Source: Callorhinchus milii
Lineage: Eukaryota
DNA: 64,000 nucleotides
NCBI RefSeq assembly: GCF_018977255.1
Contig: NW_024704748.1
Span: 13,950,001 to 14,014,000, forward strand
Reading direction: 5' to 3'
Shown here: in pieces, positions 1-12,356 of the stretch
How positions within the stretch are numbered: the first letter of the stretch is position 1
Layout: every line of letters starts with the position of its first letter
The notes under the pieces: model-generated
What the model saw: the letters and a program-made list of their open reading frames with translations, nothing else
Database searches by the model: none
Told to the model about the DNA's origin: nothing
Position numbers and translations under genes: made by a program

Positions 1-342
1 ACGATAGCAGCAGGTTGCTCAGACAAATGTATTCATTCGAGACCTTGTGCAAAGGTGGGTTTTGATCCATTTGACATTAACATTACCTATTACACTCGCT
101 TGCAAAAATATGGTCGCTGAACTTTGAAGTAAATCCCGTGCAGCACTTTGAGATGATGTCAAGATGTGGAAGGCTTATTTATTACTTCATTACCAGCAAA
201 AAAAATTAGGTAGGCACACTTAATGAATGGCCGCATTTTAAAGTTAAATGCAAACTAGTGTTTATTTTGGTATTATTTACAAAGGATTATATGGTGAGCA
301 ATTGTTACGAATATTTAACTTGCACACTTCTGCTTTATAACC

Positions 343-420
343 CACAACAACAACAACAACAACAAGATTCCATTTATTGAGCGCCTTTCACGTCGGGAGG
401 ACGTCCCAAGGCGCTCCCAA
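343..420 (-). mobile_element. L2-type LINE 3' terminus with (TTG)n tail, severely 5'-truncated
   Basis: Reverse complement reads GCGCCTTGGGACGTCCTCCCGACGTGAAAGGCGCTCAATAAATGGAATC(TTG)n. The same end recurs at about 19160, 44690, 58755, 59873 and 60648. Confidence 0.65.
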
Positions 421-1249
421 CCCACATTCAAATCCCTTGCAAACCAGACTGGCGGGGATTGCGTGTGTATGTATGTATATATACAATGCAACAAACCAGG
501 ATATTTGTGACAATAATTCATCTTTGATGAGCAACACTGTCCGACATGCAGACATTTGAGCTTGCAAAATGGTAAGCCTTCTGCATTGTTGTGAGGTGTG
601 GAAAGGGTGAATTTAGCTTGGCTTTTTTTTTTGGAAGAAGTTTGATTTATTTTATTTGCGAGTGTGATATTTTTCTTTTCATCTTCTGTAGCTGCCAGAA
701 GCCATTGTGTCTCTTCGGTCTGAGGCAGCAGTTTCAGTCGAGTTTTTGGACAAGTGCAAAAAGTATCTGAGGAGCTGCTTCCCTGAGTCGTGCAGGGGTT
801 TGAAGCCCAAGTTACATTACACAATTTAGCTATAGTCTGGGGTAATATTTCCATCGAAAACGTTGAACAATCGGTGATGTGCCACACTTGCCATCATTTT
901 TTTTTACCCAGACTGCGAAGAAGTCAAAACGTATCAGTTAGTAATGTGTTAATGAACAGCGAAGGTGACTTTCACTTCTTCTAATTCTGCTTTAAAATGC
1001 GAATTACTTTACTTCGAAGGTTGAGTTTCATCTCAACCTCTGATGACTTTTACCATAAACTTCCAAATCACTTGCGCTGTCAACCGATTCAGAGGTGTGG
1101 GTGAAAAGTGCTGACTTTGCTGAAGGATTTTGCGACTTGATTTGTTTCAGAGGGCGAAATTTTGCCCATTCTCTGCTCCCTGAAGATGGTGAGCTCCAAT
1201 CGTGGTGGGGACCCCAGTAGGAGAAGACTTTGTTTCCTCGCTGTATGTT

Positions 1250-1575
1250 TTGTGGAGTCCTGTAGCTCAGTGGTTAGAGCACTCGCTTTGCAAGTGAGAG
1301 ACCTGAGTTCAATTCCAGGCAGGGCGAAACCTTGGGCAAGTTTCCTTACTCCACACGCCTAATAATAATCTCTCCAAAAAAAACCCAAAAACAATAATTA
1401 AATTGGTCATTTTCAATCTACGACTGTTTGTGGGACATTGCTGTGCGCAATTGGCTGCCGCGTTCGCCCACAAATATACAGTCAATTCACTTTACAGTGT
1501 GTTCTGTGAAGCGCTTTGGGACGTCCTCCTGACGTGAAAAGCGCTATATCAAATGCAAGGATTATTATTATTATT
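1250..1575 (+). mobile_element. Young full-length tRNA-derived SINE (SINE2-1_CM-like), subfamily A
   Basis: tRNA-like head with A box (TAGCTCAGTGG) and B box (GAGTTCAATTCC), body, and L2-type tail GCGCTATATCAAATGCAAGG(ATT)n. Nearly identical to the copy at 63173. Confidence 0.92.
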
Positions 1576-2399
1576 TTTATTATTGACCATCGGTCACAGG
1601 GGGAAGCATTTTGAAGTCTCTGTGAGCTCAGCACTGGATCAGGTTTTTCAGAATAATAAAAAGCTGCAGTTGACTCGTTCAACAGGAAGAAAAAGCTTAA
1701 CTGAAAAATGATCCAGTCTTGCTAAGACATTTATATCATAACGCAGTAATATACCCCAAGCCATATAAATAAGTCTATCATTGCAATCTCAGGATAGTTG
1801 CCCTACGGGAACTTGCTGCTCAACATCATTGCAGATTATCATAAAAATGCAAGTCCTCTGCTGTGTGCATTTATAGAGAATAACAGATAGGAGTCTGTTA
1901 TCCTGGTAACTCATCTCAGGGTTCAGCCTTGGGGTATGATCAATTACTTTTGTTGATCTCCCATAGCCTTAGATTTTTTTTTTAGCTCGTGACTGTATAC
2001 TTTTGATCCTACAAACACAATTCTCATGCATTTTAGATGGTTTGAGCCACCTTTATTTTTCTCACCGAAGAATCTCTTCACATTCATTCATCCTCCTATC
2101 TCTTTTTCACCCTTCTTGGGTCGGAGCTCACCTTCGAGATCCTATGGATGTGATCTCGATTAGAAGGCAATGAGTGAAGCTTGTCCCATTTGTTTTGAGA
2201 CACATCTCCAAATAAGCTATGGTACTGCATTGGATTTCCTTTAAACATGGAGACATTGTTTTGGTGCACTTCGTGATGTCTTCAGTGTGTAATGTGTTTT
2301 TCACGCCACATCAATTTAGGGTGGCAATTTTTCACTGCTCTGAATTGTAAATATTCAGAGTTTTATACAGAGAAATCTTATTTCCACAGTAACATTGCT

Positions 2400-2760
2400 C
2401 AAGCTGGCACATAAAGGTTTGACTGAGGGCAGTGGTGCAGGTAGAGTGTATTTGAGAGGTCATCTGAGGCTCTGATAAGCAATGTTTCTGAAACAGTGTT
2501 CTGTCAGTGATGGGAAAATCTGCAGTGGTGGAAACGACTTTGCAGGTCAACTACCCAAAGCTGGAAATCAACTCAGTTGGTGGTGTAGCTGTGGGGCTTT
2601 CAGGTGACCGGTACCTGACAAGTGATCTAGACTCAAATTATACACAAAGTAAAGAGGAATTCACAACAGATGACAACTTGATGCAAAAGTGTCAGGAGAG
2701 AGAAAAAAGACTGCTGTTGGAGAACATTATGAACATGTGCATAATGTCGAAAATAGGTCA
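2400..2760 (-). mobile_element. Highly decayed L2-like reverse transcriptase relic
   Basis: Minus-strand LFQKHCLSE followed by cagatgacctctcaaata resembles the L2 motif IIRKHGLSFHCYADDTQIY with frameshifts. Visual match only. Confidence 0.3.
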
Positions 2761-4009
2761 GTGAATTATTTGTCTAAAGAGGTTAAAAGGAATTCACTCA
2801 CTCTGTATAGCGTTTCCCTGCTCTCTCGCTGTTTGTGGCACTCCCTAAAATTATGTTGCTGCCATTCTTCAAAAGTCCTTTTAACAGACGAAATTACAGC
2901 CTAATGGGTTTCTGTCATTTCTGCCCCTGCAATCAGACAATGCGATCAGGTTACATGTTCTGGTGCATTAACCACACAGGAAACGCCTCTGTTTCAAAAA
3001 CAGTTTATTTCTGAGGTCAAGTAAGAAGTCGCGAGCAAGTTCCCCTTGAGACCTTACCTTGTAACTGGAGAGAGGTAGAATTTGAGGTAGAATTCAATAT
3101 TTTCAAATCATTGCTTAGAGAGGGAGTATCCTCTGTTTATTTAAAAAAACCTTAACGTGAACAATTGGTAAGTGAACACAAGAACAATTAAATACTTGCA
3201 GAGAATCTTATAATGCTATGTGTTTGGAAAAATAAAGATGGATTTTTGCACCGATGAGTCTTCTTTCACTGCTTCTAACACATACCAATATCATTATCGG
3301 GGTCAAATGCCTGCATTTTAAAGCTGAATTTCTCAGTAAAGGATTGTACCAAGGTGTGGAATAAATGCAAGTTTTTGCCCTTGCAGCTAAATTATTTGAC
3401 GATTTTAATTTTTTTTAAAAATGAGCACAACTGAGCTATGCAATAAGTGCAGCAGAGATGTGTGACAGTGATACACAGACAGATAAGAGCTGCGTGGAAA
3501 TGTGGGGATCCTTTTGGAAAGCAATTTATAAAAGATTGCATGCAAGAAGAGAACGTGTATTTCAACTTTAGCAGCAGCAACACTGGAATGTGTATCGACT
3601 CAGTTTCCTTAAATTATCTTATTGGAAATTGCTGCACATTAAGGTCCATTGTTACTTATGAACATTACACTAACTCGTGTCAACATCATACACTAGACTA
3701 CTTGTGTCAACACAAACAGCGATTCTGTGAATGCAATGATACTTTTAACACATTTCTCGTATCTTTCACGTACACAGATACCTAACCAACAACCCAAACC
3801 GGTTCACATCACAGTACTGCTGACTTATCAAGTCATATCACACCTCAAGCACACCGATAATAGACTGGCTCCAGCCCACTTTAACTTCCTGAGATGCCAA
3901 TCCTTAACACATTCCTTTCATATTAGAAAGGAAAATACTAGGAATCCAGAAAGAAAGGCATAAATTACCACAAAACTTCCATTGACTAAATGCACCATAA
4001 GGTGTCCTT

Positions 4010-4345
4010 CTAAACCATGTAGATCAGCAAGGTCCAGATTTGATTACTGCTTTGTGGAAAGTTTATTGATTTCAGTTGCCAGAGAAACGCAGAATTCTTC
4101 TCTGCAATGGAATAGGAAGGTTAAGATATCGGCTGGTATTGCTGTGGGCTGATATCTGGTAACCAACCCCTGGTGGAAGGCTGTGTATATGTGTCTCTAC
4201 ATGCGTGTTGCTCTGTTGCCCCCAGTTGAATACATTACCAGCGCTCACTGTCCATTCTCATTGGTACAGAATGACCAGTCGAGTAAGGAAAGCCTTTCAA
4301 ACTCTGTGGAGCCCCAGGATAGCATTAGGCTCCACTTCCAGGAGA
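4010..4345 (+). mobile_element. Ancient SINE relic (AmnSINE2-like, name uncertain)
   Basis: Motifs CCCCTGGTGGAAGG, GCTCACTGTC, AGAATGACCA and terminal CAGGAGAGAAGGGAGAAAA, shared with relics at 11520 (minus) and 51275. Confidence 0.5.
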
Positions 4346-6014
4346 GAAGGGAGAAAACATTCACTGGAGATCCTTGTTCGTAAATGTCTTTGTTGACAAT
4401 GCATTTAGTAAGAGCCGACTTTCAGAGAAAAGCCTCCACTTCTGCTACATTATAGTTATTAATAGGAGGCTAGAATATCCACTGATGCAAACACTGAATA
4501 GATTGGAAAAGTACTGCTTGACAGCTCGTTCCCTTAATGAACTACACTTTTGAAGAATCCAGTCCTGAAAATGAATGGATTGCTGGTTCTGGTTGATAGT
4601 TGGTCCTTTGTTTAATGAGGTCTTTGACACCTTTGATGAGTTTGAAATGTGCAGCGATGGTGAAATAATTTGTCTTGATCTCTGCCTTCTAATGTTTCTT
4701 ATTTTGCTGAGGTTTTATTTGGAATGAATTAGAAGTTTTCTGCAAAACTTACCATTTTAGAAGTGTTATTAGTTTTCGATGATCCAGCGATTAGGAGAGA
4801 CTCCGCGGGAACCTGAGTAATGTTATTGAAAACAATTATGTGAGATATGGTATGGCAATTTTGGTTTACTTGTAATCAACTTTTGCACGTCAGATTGTCG
4901 TTGAAGTTTTATTCCTGCCCCACAGATGATTTACACTAAAAGAGCATCTGCACATGTGGCTGTTTAAACCCTCCCTTCCCACCAATACAGCATTATAAAC
5001 TAGCTCAGGGATGGCTAACCCCTGACTGTCCAGCACCCTGGGACATCTTTCCGACATGAAGGGCACTATACAACTGTTTGTTTTAAATGCTCCTTCATTC
5101 ATCTCCTTGGCGATTCTCATGGTGATGTGAGCTGAAACCAGAATATTGGTGTGTTGTTGATCAGAAGAGCAAATCAAATTTCCATGTGATCAGTTGTGCA
5201 GTTTGTATGGCAGTGTTGAGTCGGTTTTAAATTGATGAAAAAATGGACTATAGCTATAGTATATTCGCATTGACAATGGATGTTCATTTTAGTTCCAATA
5301 GAATGAATTCTGCATGAAAAATCTGCTCTCTGGTTGTCTCAACTTTTCTAAAATATAAAAAATGTTATGAGACAGGCATCTTTTACAGTGACGTCATTCA
5401 TTACTTGTTACATTACATCAAGCATAATGTGACCTTTGACTGTGTCAGAGCAGCCACCTTACCACAATGAGCTTTCGGTTTTAGCTAAATTGGATCTACC
5501 ATTGAATGAAGCCCTGCCTTGTCCTGGCCTACTGACCCAGGCGTGACGACTGGTAGAAATGTTTGCATTATAATTAGATGGATCCCACACTTTAAACACT
5601 CACAAGCAGTCCTCAGCATGCTTCCAGGGATAGTTAATAAACCATTTCTTCTAGTCTGTTATAATGGAACTGAACACCAAATGATGAATTCTAAATTTAG
5701 TTATTAAAATATCCAATCGAAAACTCAGCAGACTTTCTGTGTGGCTGATTGTATCGTTTGCTTTAAATATCCTCATTTTATGTGCAGTGTTTGTGACCTG
5801 AAATCAGTACAATCTGTCTGGTTTGTATGAGGAGGAACGTTACTGTCATGCAACATTTGAATTAATTGCTTTCATGCTGAGTGGCTCGTCAGGCATTTCC
5901 TTGGTCCGATATTGCTCTACTCTGCTATTGTCTTGAAGAATGTATGAATGTTTGTTCTCTCTGATTTCTATATCATACCTGAACAAGTTTTGAATTTTGT
6001 GGATTAATACAATA

Positions 6015-6110
6015 CAATTTACATTCATATATTGCCTTTCACTTCAGGAGGACATCTCAAAGTGTTTCACACAGCTGGCTGGGCACCTGAGCTGGGGAAG
6101 GGGGGAGAGA
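6015..6110 (-). mobile_element. L2 LINE 3' end fragment
   Basis: TACAATTTACATT...GCCTTTCAC...CATCTCAAAG...GGCTGGGCACCTGAGCTGGGG, homologous to the copy at 40455. Confidence 0.55.
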
Positions 6111-6458
6111 AAGAATGTAATATTGTTTATATTATTAAATAATGTAATGGCAGAAGTGGAGAGTCCTTTACTTTGATTTGATATGATAGACTTTTGTATT
6201 ACATTTATTTTTCTGGTGTGAACTTATTCTCGGTTTGATCTGTCAAACACCTCTATTACTTTGTTGCACGTTATCCTAAATTTGAGGCTGATCTCTTATT
6301 CTGTGTAGTCCTTGCGCTCCACAAACAGTTGCTAAACAAAGCATGCCCACAGTAGAGAAAATAATTCTGGAGCAAGTTGGAATATATGTGATTTAGTCCT
6401 TTACCCTCCTGCAATTTGTGTTCCTCATCAATTCATCAGCTTCTCTTGGTTTGGTGGT

Positions 6459-6820
6459 TAATAATATAATCCTTGTATTTCATATAGCGCTTTTCACGTC
6501 TTCTAGAATATACTATAAAGTGAATTGACTATATATTTGTGGCCGAAATGCAGCAGCTAATTGCGCACAGCAATGTCTCACAAACAGTCGTGGATTGAGT
6601 GACCAAATTATTATTGTTTTTTTAAGGATTATTATCTCTGGAAAAGCAATCCGTCAATTGACTAACAACCAGGTTCCTAATTACTTTTAGGTAAACAGAG
6701 GAGTGTGGAGTAAGGAAACTTGCCCAACATTTCACCCTACCTAGGAACAAGAACCCTGCCTGCCCAAGTTTCTTGCTTCCGAGGCGAGTGCTCTAACCAC
6801 TGAGCTACAGGACTCCACAA
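6459..6820 (-). mobile_element. Older, longer variant of the tRNA-SINE (extra internal segment of about 65-70 bp)
   Basis: Same head (CCACTGAGCTACAGGACTCC) and tail as the young copies, plus an additional segment at about 6637-6703. Confidence 0.85.
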
Positions 6821-8724
6821 TCCCATAGCTCAGTGGACTCAGTGAACAAAACTATAAGTTCTCAGTTTTTGAGGCAATTCAACATAGGATGCCATATCAA
6901 GTATTATTTTTATAGCTTGAGAATGGGTTTAACTAATACTTCAAAGCTGCTGCAAGGAGTCTGGAATTCTCTGAGTGTCTGTGCTCTGAGGGTTAAACAC
7001 TGAAACAAAGCTATTGTGTTACTATCTCCATGTAAATAATTCCCATATAGCCTCGTGCCCTTCAACAAACAATCATATATATTTTAAGCAGATTGTTTGC
7101 AGCAACTTCATTTTCTTCCAAATTTAGATTAATTCCACATGCGATTTAGTCTTCAGCCTGCAGAATACACTTGGAAAGTGTGTTCTTGTGACCATTTCTC
7201 CTGTCTTTGATCCCCAGTGAGCAGCTCTATGATTGTCATCAGTGACTGGCTGGACTCGGAGACCAGTCCAGCAATAAAAAGTCATCATCTTCACTTCAAT
7301 TTAACAAACTATCCATTTTCGGAATCTCAAATAGGAAATCGATTTGTGTGGGCGCTTCTCATTTGGGGTGAACGCTGTGTTTTCAACAAATGATACTTTA
7401 ATCAGATACTGGGTCACTGTTTGAGCAATATCTACAATGTGATTGATTTCAAATCAGTATTTTCCATTCAGATTTATTTAAAAAAAACATCTGATTGCAT
7501 TAACTTAATTTGAGTTGTGTGTCTATCACGTCATGCTAAAGCAGTGACTGATGTGCTGAAACCTTTAGTTTGAGCATAAATAAGCACTCTTACCTCAATT
7601 TTTCCAACTCTTGTTTATTTAATGGCAATCTGTATCGCGGCTTCCCTTTTATGAATAATACAATTGTGATGAATTGCAAGAAGGAATCCCAAAATAAGGA
7701 TTGCTTTAAAAACAGTGTTTTGAGACCTTTGCCTTTTGTGCAGCTTTTGAAATGGAAACAAAACTGGATGAGTTTTAGTTCTCTTCTCATTTGTGAAAAC
7801 AGGAGGGCCCTGAGAAAGAGGGGTCTCATTCATCCTCGTGACGAGATGGAGAGAGTTGCTCTATTTCACAGGCTGTGAAGATGAGTATCTCTCTGGTGAG
7901 GGACCATATGGAATGGATGCTGTGCAGGTAGAACTGGCACAAGCAGTCACTTGGAATCAGGGCCATGAATCAACTAAGTGACAGCCTCCAGCTGTGTTTA
8001 ATCTGTCACAGGTACCGAGGTGCTTTTTCACCCGTGAATCGTGAACACAAAAATGAAAACAAAATAGGTCTGATAAAAACTGAATAGAGCTCATGAGAAA
8101 TGATTTATCCTTTCTGCTCCAGTGTTCAGTCCTGCGATTAGCTATGCAAATGAGTAAGTTTCTATTGAGAGCTTGATGAATAGTTGCAATGTTCTTTGTC
8201 TGTTGTTCGTTCTAAAGATTCAAGTGCACTTCTAATATTGTGTCTAGCTAAGGACAGGGACCACCTCTTGTACAGATGTGTTTAATTTGTTTGTATCTTT
8301 GGATTTCCTATACCACCCTATAGTTGGTCCGAGAAGTAGGTTGGTGTCCTACGTCCCATTGTTTGCCAATAGCATCTTTGTAACAGCTCTGAAGACATGG
8401 CATCAGTGATATCTGGGGAAAATCTCTCTTTTTCCCCAAAGAAAAAAGACTAAGAAAGTGTTATTTCTGAGAATGTTTACAATTTTTTTCTTGTGCTGCT
8501 GAACCCCACTCTTGAGCCTCTAAACTACTTATTTTCAGCTACATTGTTACCCTCTCTCCAATTGATCAAAGATGTTTTGTGTTCTCTCTTGCTTTGGAGT
8601 TTGGGCTATTACTCATGCATTATGGATACACCTTCCTCATGTTATCCAATCACATTTTCACATCTTTGGGACCCCACCATATTTATTTTGTTCCCCTCTC
8701 CATATTTTAGAAATTATTTCTGAA

Positions 8725-8990
8725 TCACAAGATTGGTTCGGATGAAGAAGGCACTTTGGCCTGTTTGATCTCATCCACCCACAGTACCCCACCCTACCAT
8801 CTTCCTGTCACAGCATCAAGCTTTTTAAAAAAAAATGAGTCCAGCATTCTAGCTTTAGCCACCCTTACTGTTGCCATATTTAATTATCCTCTAGGTAAAG
8901 AAGTACTTCCTGGTGGCTGTCCTGAAACTGCTTTTGCAATTCTTACACCCGTGTCCTCTTGTACCACTGTCTTGGTGCAACTGAAAATAT
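8725..8990 (-). mobile_element. CR1 LINE 3' fragment
   Basis: Reverse complement has ACAAGAGGACAC (TRGH motif) and a 3' UTR similar to the copies at 19945 and 29550. Confidence 0.6.
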
Positions 8991-8994
8991 TGTT

Positions 8995-9145
8995 CCTACT
9001 CTACTCCTCCACCTCTGCTTGGCTAACTCAGGCTTGCTGCAGATTTTCCTCCCCCACCTTCCCCTCTACGCCATTATCGATAGCCTTCACACTGACTCCT
9101 CCGTCTTGCCCTCTCTGGTGTACATCACTCTTAAAGCAACCAGCA
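8995..9145 (+). mobile_element. L2 ORF2 C-terminal fragment
   Basis: Pyrimidine-rich CTCCACCTCTGC...ACGCCATTATCGATAGCCTTCAC resembles the L2 LRSS...STIGGRAFS region. Confidence 0.4.
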
Positions 9146-10354
9146 CTGTTGTAGCATGAACAGATAATATTGCTTAATTCTTTGTGTGCATGAGAGTGGG
9201 AAATTATTAACATTTATTTAGTAGCTCAGATCAGAAATACACAATAATTTATTAAGTTGTTTCAGGAATAAATCAATAACTACATTAATTATTTTTGATT
9301 ATTTATTTAACATATTAACACAGCAGAAATTGGAGAATATCCAATAAATAGGTCTGACCAGTCCAGGCACTCTAAACCTGTATTGCCTTTAGTGGTTGAG
9401 TTAACAAAATTCCTTTTGTGGTTATGTTGTAATTCCTAATGTGTAACTTATCGTGTACTGAACCGTGACTGGTTTAATTTACTGTGAGTGTAGCTTAAAT
9501 TCATTCTGAGCACAGTTGTGTGATACAATATGCAGTTTTTAAAAGTACAGATGGGGGAGTTAATGCATGTGCTGAACCATGACTGATGAGACAATTATGT
9601 TTTCCTGAATCGAACAACAGATGATTCAAAGCCAACATGACACATCTAAAACAATGCAGCAAAGTTCCTCTCAAGCTACTTTTGTCTGAGGTCGAAAATG
9701 CAGCTGCTGTTTCCCAAAGAACATTTGTTCTTAACCAGCGAGAGAACACGGCTGTACTCGGGGAAAACAAAATCTGAGACTCAGCACCTGATTCATCCCA
9801 AAGGCTGTAAATCTGAGATTTCTGTTGAACAGTTTGCAGCCGTTTAAAGGGATATCTCTGGTATTTTCCATCACATAAACTGATTAATATAATAGCTATA
9901 TCTCCTTGATGAAAATACAAATTAAATTCATAACTCTGTAACTCGCCTTGACAACTGGCTTTGGTGACTTTAGTTTTTGGTCTACCCTAGAGTTTCCAGC
10001 AAACCTGATGAATTCTGTATAACTGAAAAGGCAATCCTGCCCCATGTTCAATGTCCCCAATCCTTCAAACGTCCAGGTAAGGTTTGGGCTCCAGCCAGTA
10101 TTATGACTTGGTTCATATTATAGGAAAGATACAAAAAAAAAGATCCCTCAACTTGTGGTTGCATACAAATCTGCCTCAGTGGAACACGAGTCCTCATGTC
10201 CTATGACTCTGCTCTTTTATGACGGACCTAATTTGCTTATCCCCAAGTTGAGGTAGCACATTGAACAGTTATAACAAAGGCAGTTGATACAGTATACAAA
10301 ACTGCAGGTATTGTCATTGTTGTACATAGGGTGGATTCTACACAAGCTGAACAA

Positions 10355-10735
10355 CACTTGCATTTAGAAAAAGGTGGCATTTTTATAGCATTACCATTGA
10401 CATCCCATCGCAATTCATAGCTACTTACTAATGAGTGCATTGAGTAGATAACTTGGACAACACAGCAATTTGTTTCTGTAGGTGCCCACAAACAGTGGTG
10501 AAGTGAACGACAAATGGATCTACAAGATTGTTGACTAGCCGAAACTCCCTTATTTTTCAAATAGTGTTGTGGGATCTTGGTTTAATGACATTTAAAAGAC
10601 AGCTCCTCCGAAAATACAATCCTCCCCCAGTATGGGAGTGTCAGTCTTAATTATGAGCTCAACTTCCAATGTGGAGCATACACCCATAACCTTTGATCTA
10701 GTGGTGGGAATGTGACTAAACTGAACCAAGTTGCC
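10355..10735 (-). mobile_element. Deu-domain SINE, diverged
   Basis: Reverse complement of Deu-domain motifs (GACAGCTCCTCCGA, GGAGTGTCAG, GGGATCTT) and of the shared tail. Confidence 0.7.
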
Positions 10736-10838
10736 ACATGCAGGAGGAAATCTAAAGTTACATGTGAATTATAAACCTTCAATGCTGTTATGGGGGATTT
10801 TCCTTTTGTCTACGAATACTTCTTGTTTTACTGCTCCT

Positions 10839-10927
10839 CTTTAACGTTGTAAGTTTCCAGTGTCAGTGCAATAAAAGAGATCAAAATCCACTATTACACC
10901 TGACACTGGAAACCTGCAACATTAAAG
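10839..10927. repeat. 89-nt inverted repeat (about 35-bp stem, about 18-nt loop)
   Basis: CTTTAACGTTGTAAGTTTCCAGTGTCAGTGCAATA pairs with TATTACACCTGACACTGGAAACCTGCAACATTAAAG. Confidence 0.9.
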
Positions 10928-11344
10928 TGTTAGATTAAAATTAATAAACATATTAAAGTATAAAGCATAAATAAATGACATGTCACTTTGCATTCATTAG
11001 CTAAACATTTAGAAACTATGGCTTTGGTAGCTGAGAACAGATTACTGTGCCGAGAGATTTAATTTCTTTGTGAAGTCCCTCCTATGATTAGCAGTGAAAA
11101 AAATATCTGTGCTGCTTGCAGCTTGAATTCACAGTCTGCTTTGTAGCACATAAATGCCTCTTCTGTTATACTAGTCATGGCTTTGGCTCCTGACCTCATT
11201 ATGCCATCTGTTACTCTCATCTACCTGAAGGAATATTATTAGCTGCTTTGGGAGAAACGGCTCCTCGTTTGTAAGGTTTGATTAATTAAACTCCTGGATA
11301 TACACTCTAATGTTTCACCATTAAAGCGTTTTCCTGCTAGAGGT

Positions 11345-11460
11345 AGAGTTGCACCGACGTGCCCACTGGGAACAGTGTCAAAGATTGCCCAAGTTCTCTT
11401 CATATTCCCATCAGTCTGGTTTGAAATTGAACTTGGGTACCAGAGATGTAAAGGACACTT
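11345..11460 (-). mobile_element. LF-SINE-like 5' fragment
   Basis: Reverse complement CCTTTACATCTCTGGTACCCAAGTTCAATTTCAAACCAGACTGATGGGA...TTGGGCAATCT...GTTCCCAGTGGGCA resembles the LF-SINE head as recalled. Confidence 0.55.
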
Positions 11461-11519
11461 TCGTTGTTTTAAGATATATTTTACGTCATTGTGATATTGT
11501 CCGTCGTGTGGTTATCTTA

Positions 11520-11750
11520 TCCAAGTAATCATTCTTCATGTGAGAGTCCAGACTGGACAAGACGGTGAGTGTTAGCAGATTATTCAACAATGGGTGGAAA
11601 GTCGTAACCAAAGCTGATCCGATACTTAGTAGCAGGTTTCACTGGATAATGATTAGATAAAGATTCAAGATTCTCTTCTCTCTTTCCCTTAGAATACTGA
11701 GGGCAATTACATCACCCAGGTCTGATGTTCGACTAACTTTGCACAAAAAC
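11520..11750 (-). mobile_element. Ancient SINE relic (same family as 4010)
   Basis: CCAAGTAATCATTCTTCATGTG...GTGAGTGTTAGCAGATTATTC...AGCAGGTTTCACTGGATA...ACTGAGGGCAATT. Confidence 0.55.
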
Positions 11751-11964
11751 TTTCTGACAAATGCAGAAACCCATCACCATTCTTGAGATTATTCAAGCCA
11801 TTGTATGCCACTTACACGTGGAAATTTCCCCAAATAAAACTAGTGGTGTTCATTTTATTCTAGAACGTGGATGGACTACTCTTGTAATAAATTATTACTT
11901 TTACAGTAATGCAAATGGTCCAATATCTCATTTTGGCTGCTGACATAAATTGACCCAAATTACG

Positions 11965-12356
11965 ATATTTCATTACATTTGTTGTAATAGGACAATATCT
12001 CAAAGCGCTTCTCAGGATTTACTGTAAAATGGAGTGATTGTACATTTGTAGGTGAATGTGGCAGATAATTTGCACATAGCAATTTCCCCCAAACGGCAAT
12101 GAAATAATGACCAATTTTAGTTGGGGGATTGTTGGTCAGAACACCAAAGAAATTCTCTTCTCTTTTCAAACTGTGCCATGGGATGTTAAACATCATCATT
12201 GAAGGACAACATCTCCAACAATGAAACACCCCCTCCCCTAGCCACTGTATTCGGAGTGCCAACCTGAACAATATGAGTTCAAAGTCAGAATGTCGGGGGT
12301 TAAACCCACAAACTTCTGACTCAGAGGCAACAGTACTGCTAACTGAGCCAGGCTGA
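11965..12356 (-). mobile_element. Deu-domain SINE, near full length
   Basis: Head reverse complement CTGACTCAGAGGCAACAGTACTGCTAACTGAGCCAGGCTG, Deu-domain and tail. Confidence 0.8.

Noticed and set aside
315-887. Longest ORF (190 aa, minus strand)
   Set aside because: No recognisable domain. The C-terminus runs through an L2 tail and the (TTG)n microsatellite, which gives the poly-Leu.
692-1188. Plus-strand exon candidates (692 onward; 1151-1188)
   Set aside because: Splice-like signals exist, but I found no coherent reading frame or recognisable protein. Cannot be supported without RNA data.
1254-1325. tRNA-Ala(TGC)-like gene (also at 30888, 46602 and 63178)
   Set aside because: These are SINE heads: the acceptor stem does not close and the sequence continues into a shared SINE body and tail.
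9575-9625. Hammerhead ribozyme cores at CTGATGA/CTGAAGA sites (this one and others inspected)
   Set aside because: None had a proper stem II followed by GAAA and stems I/III.
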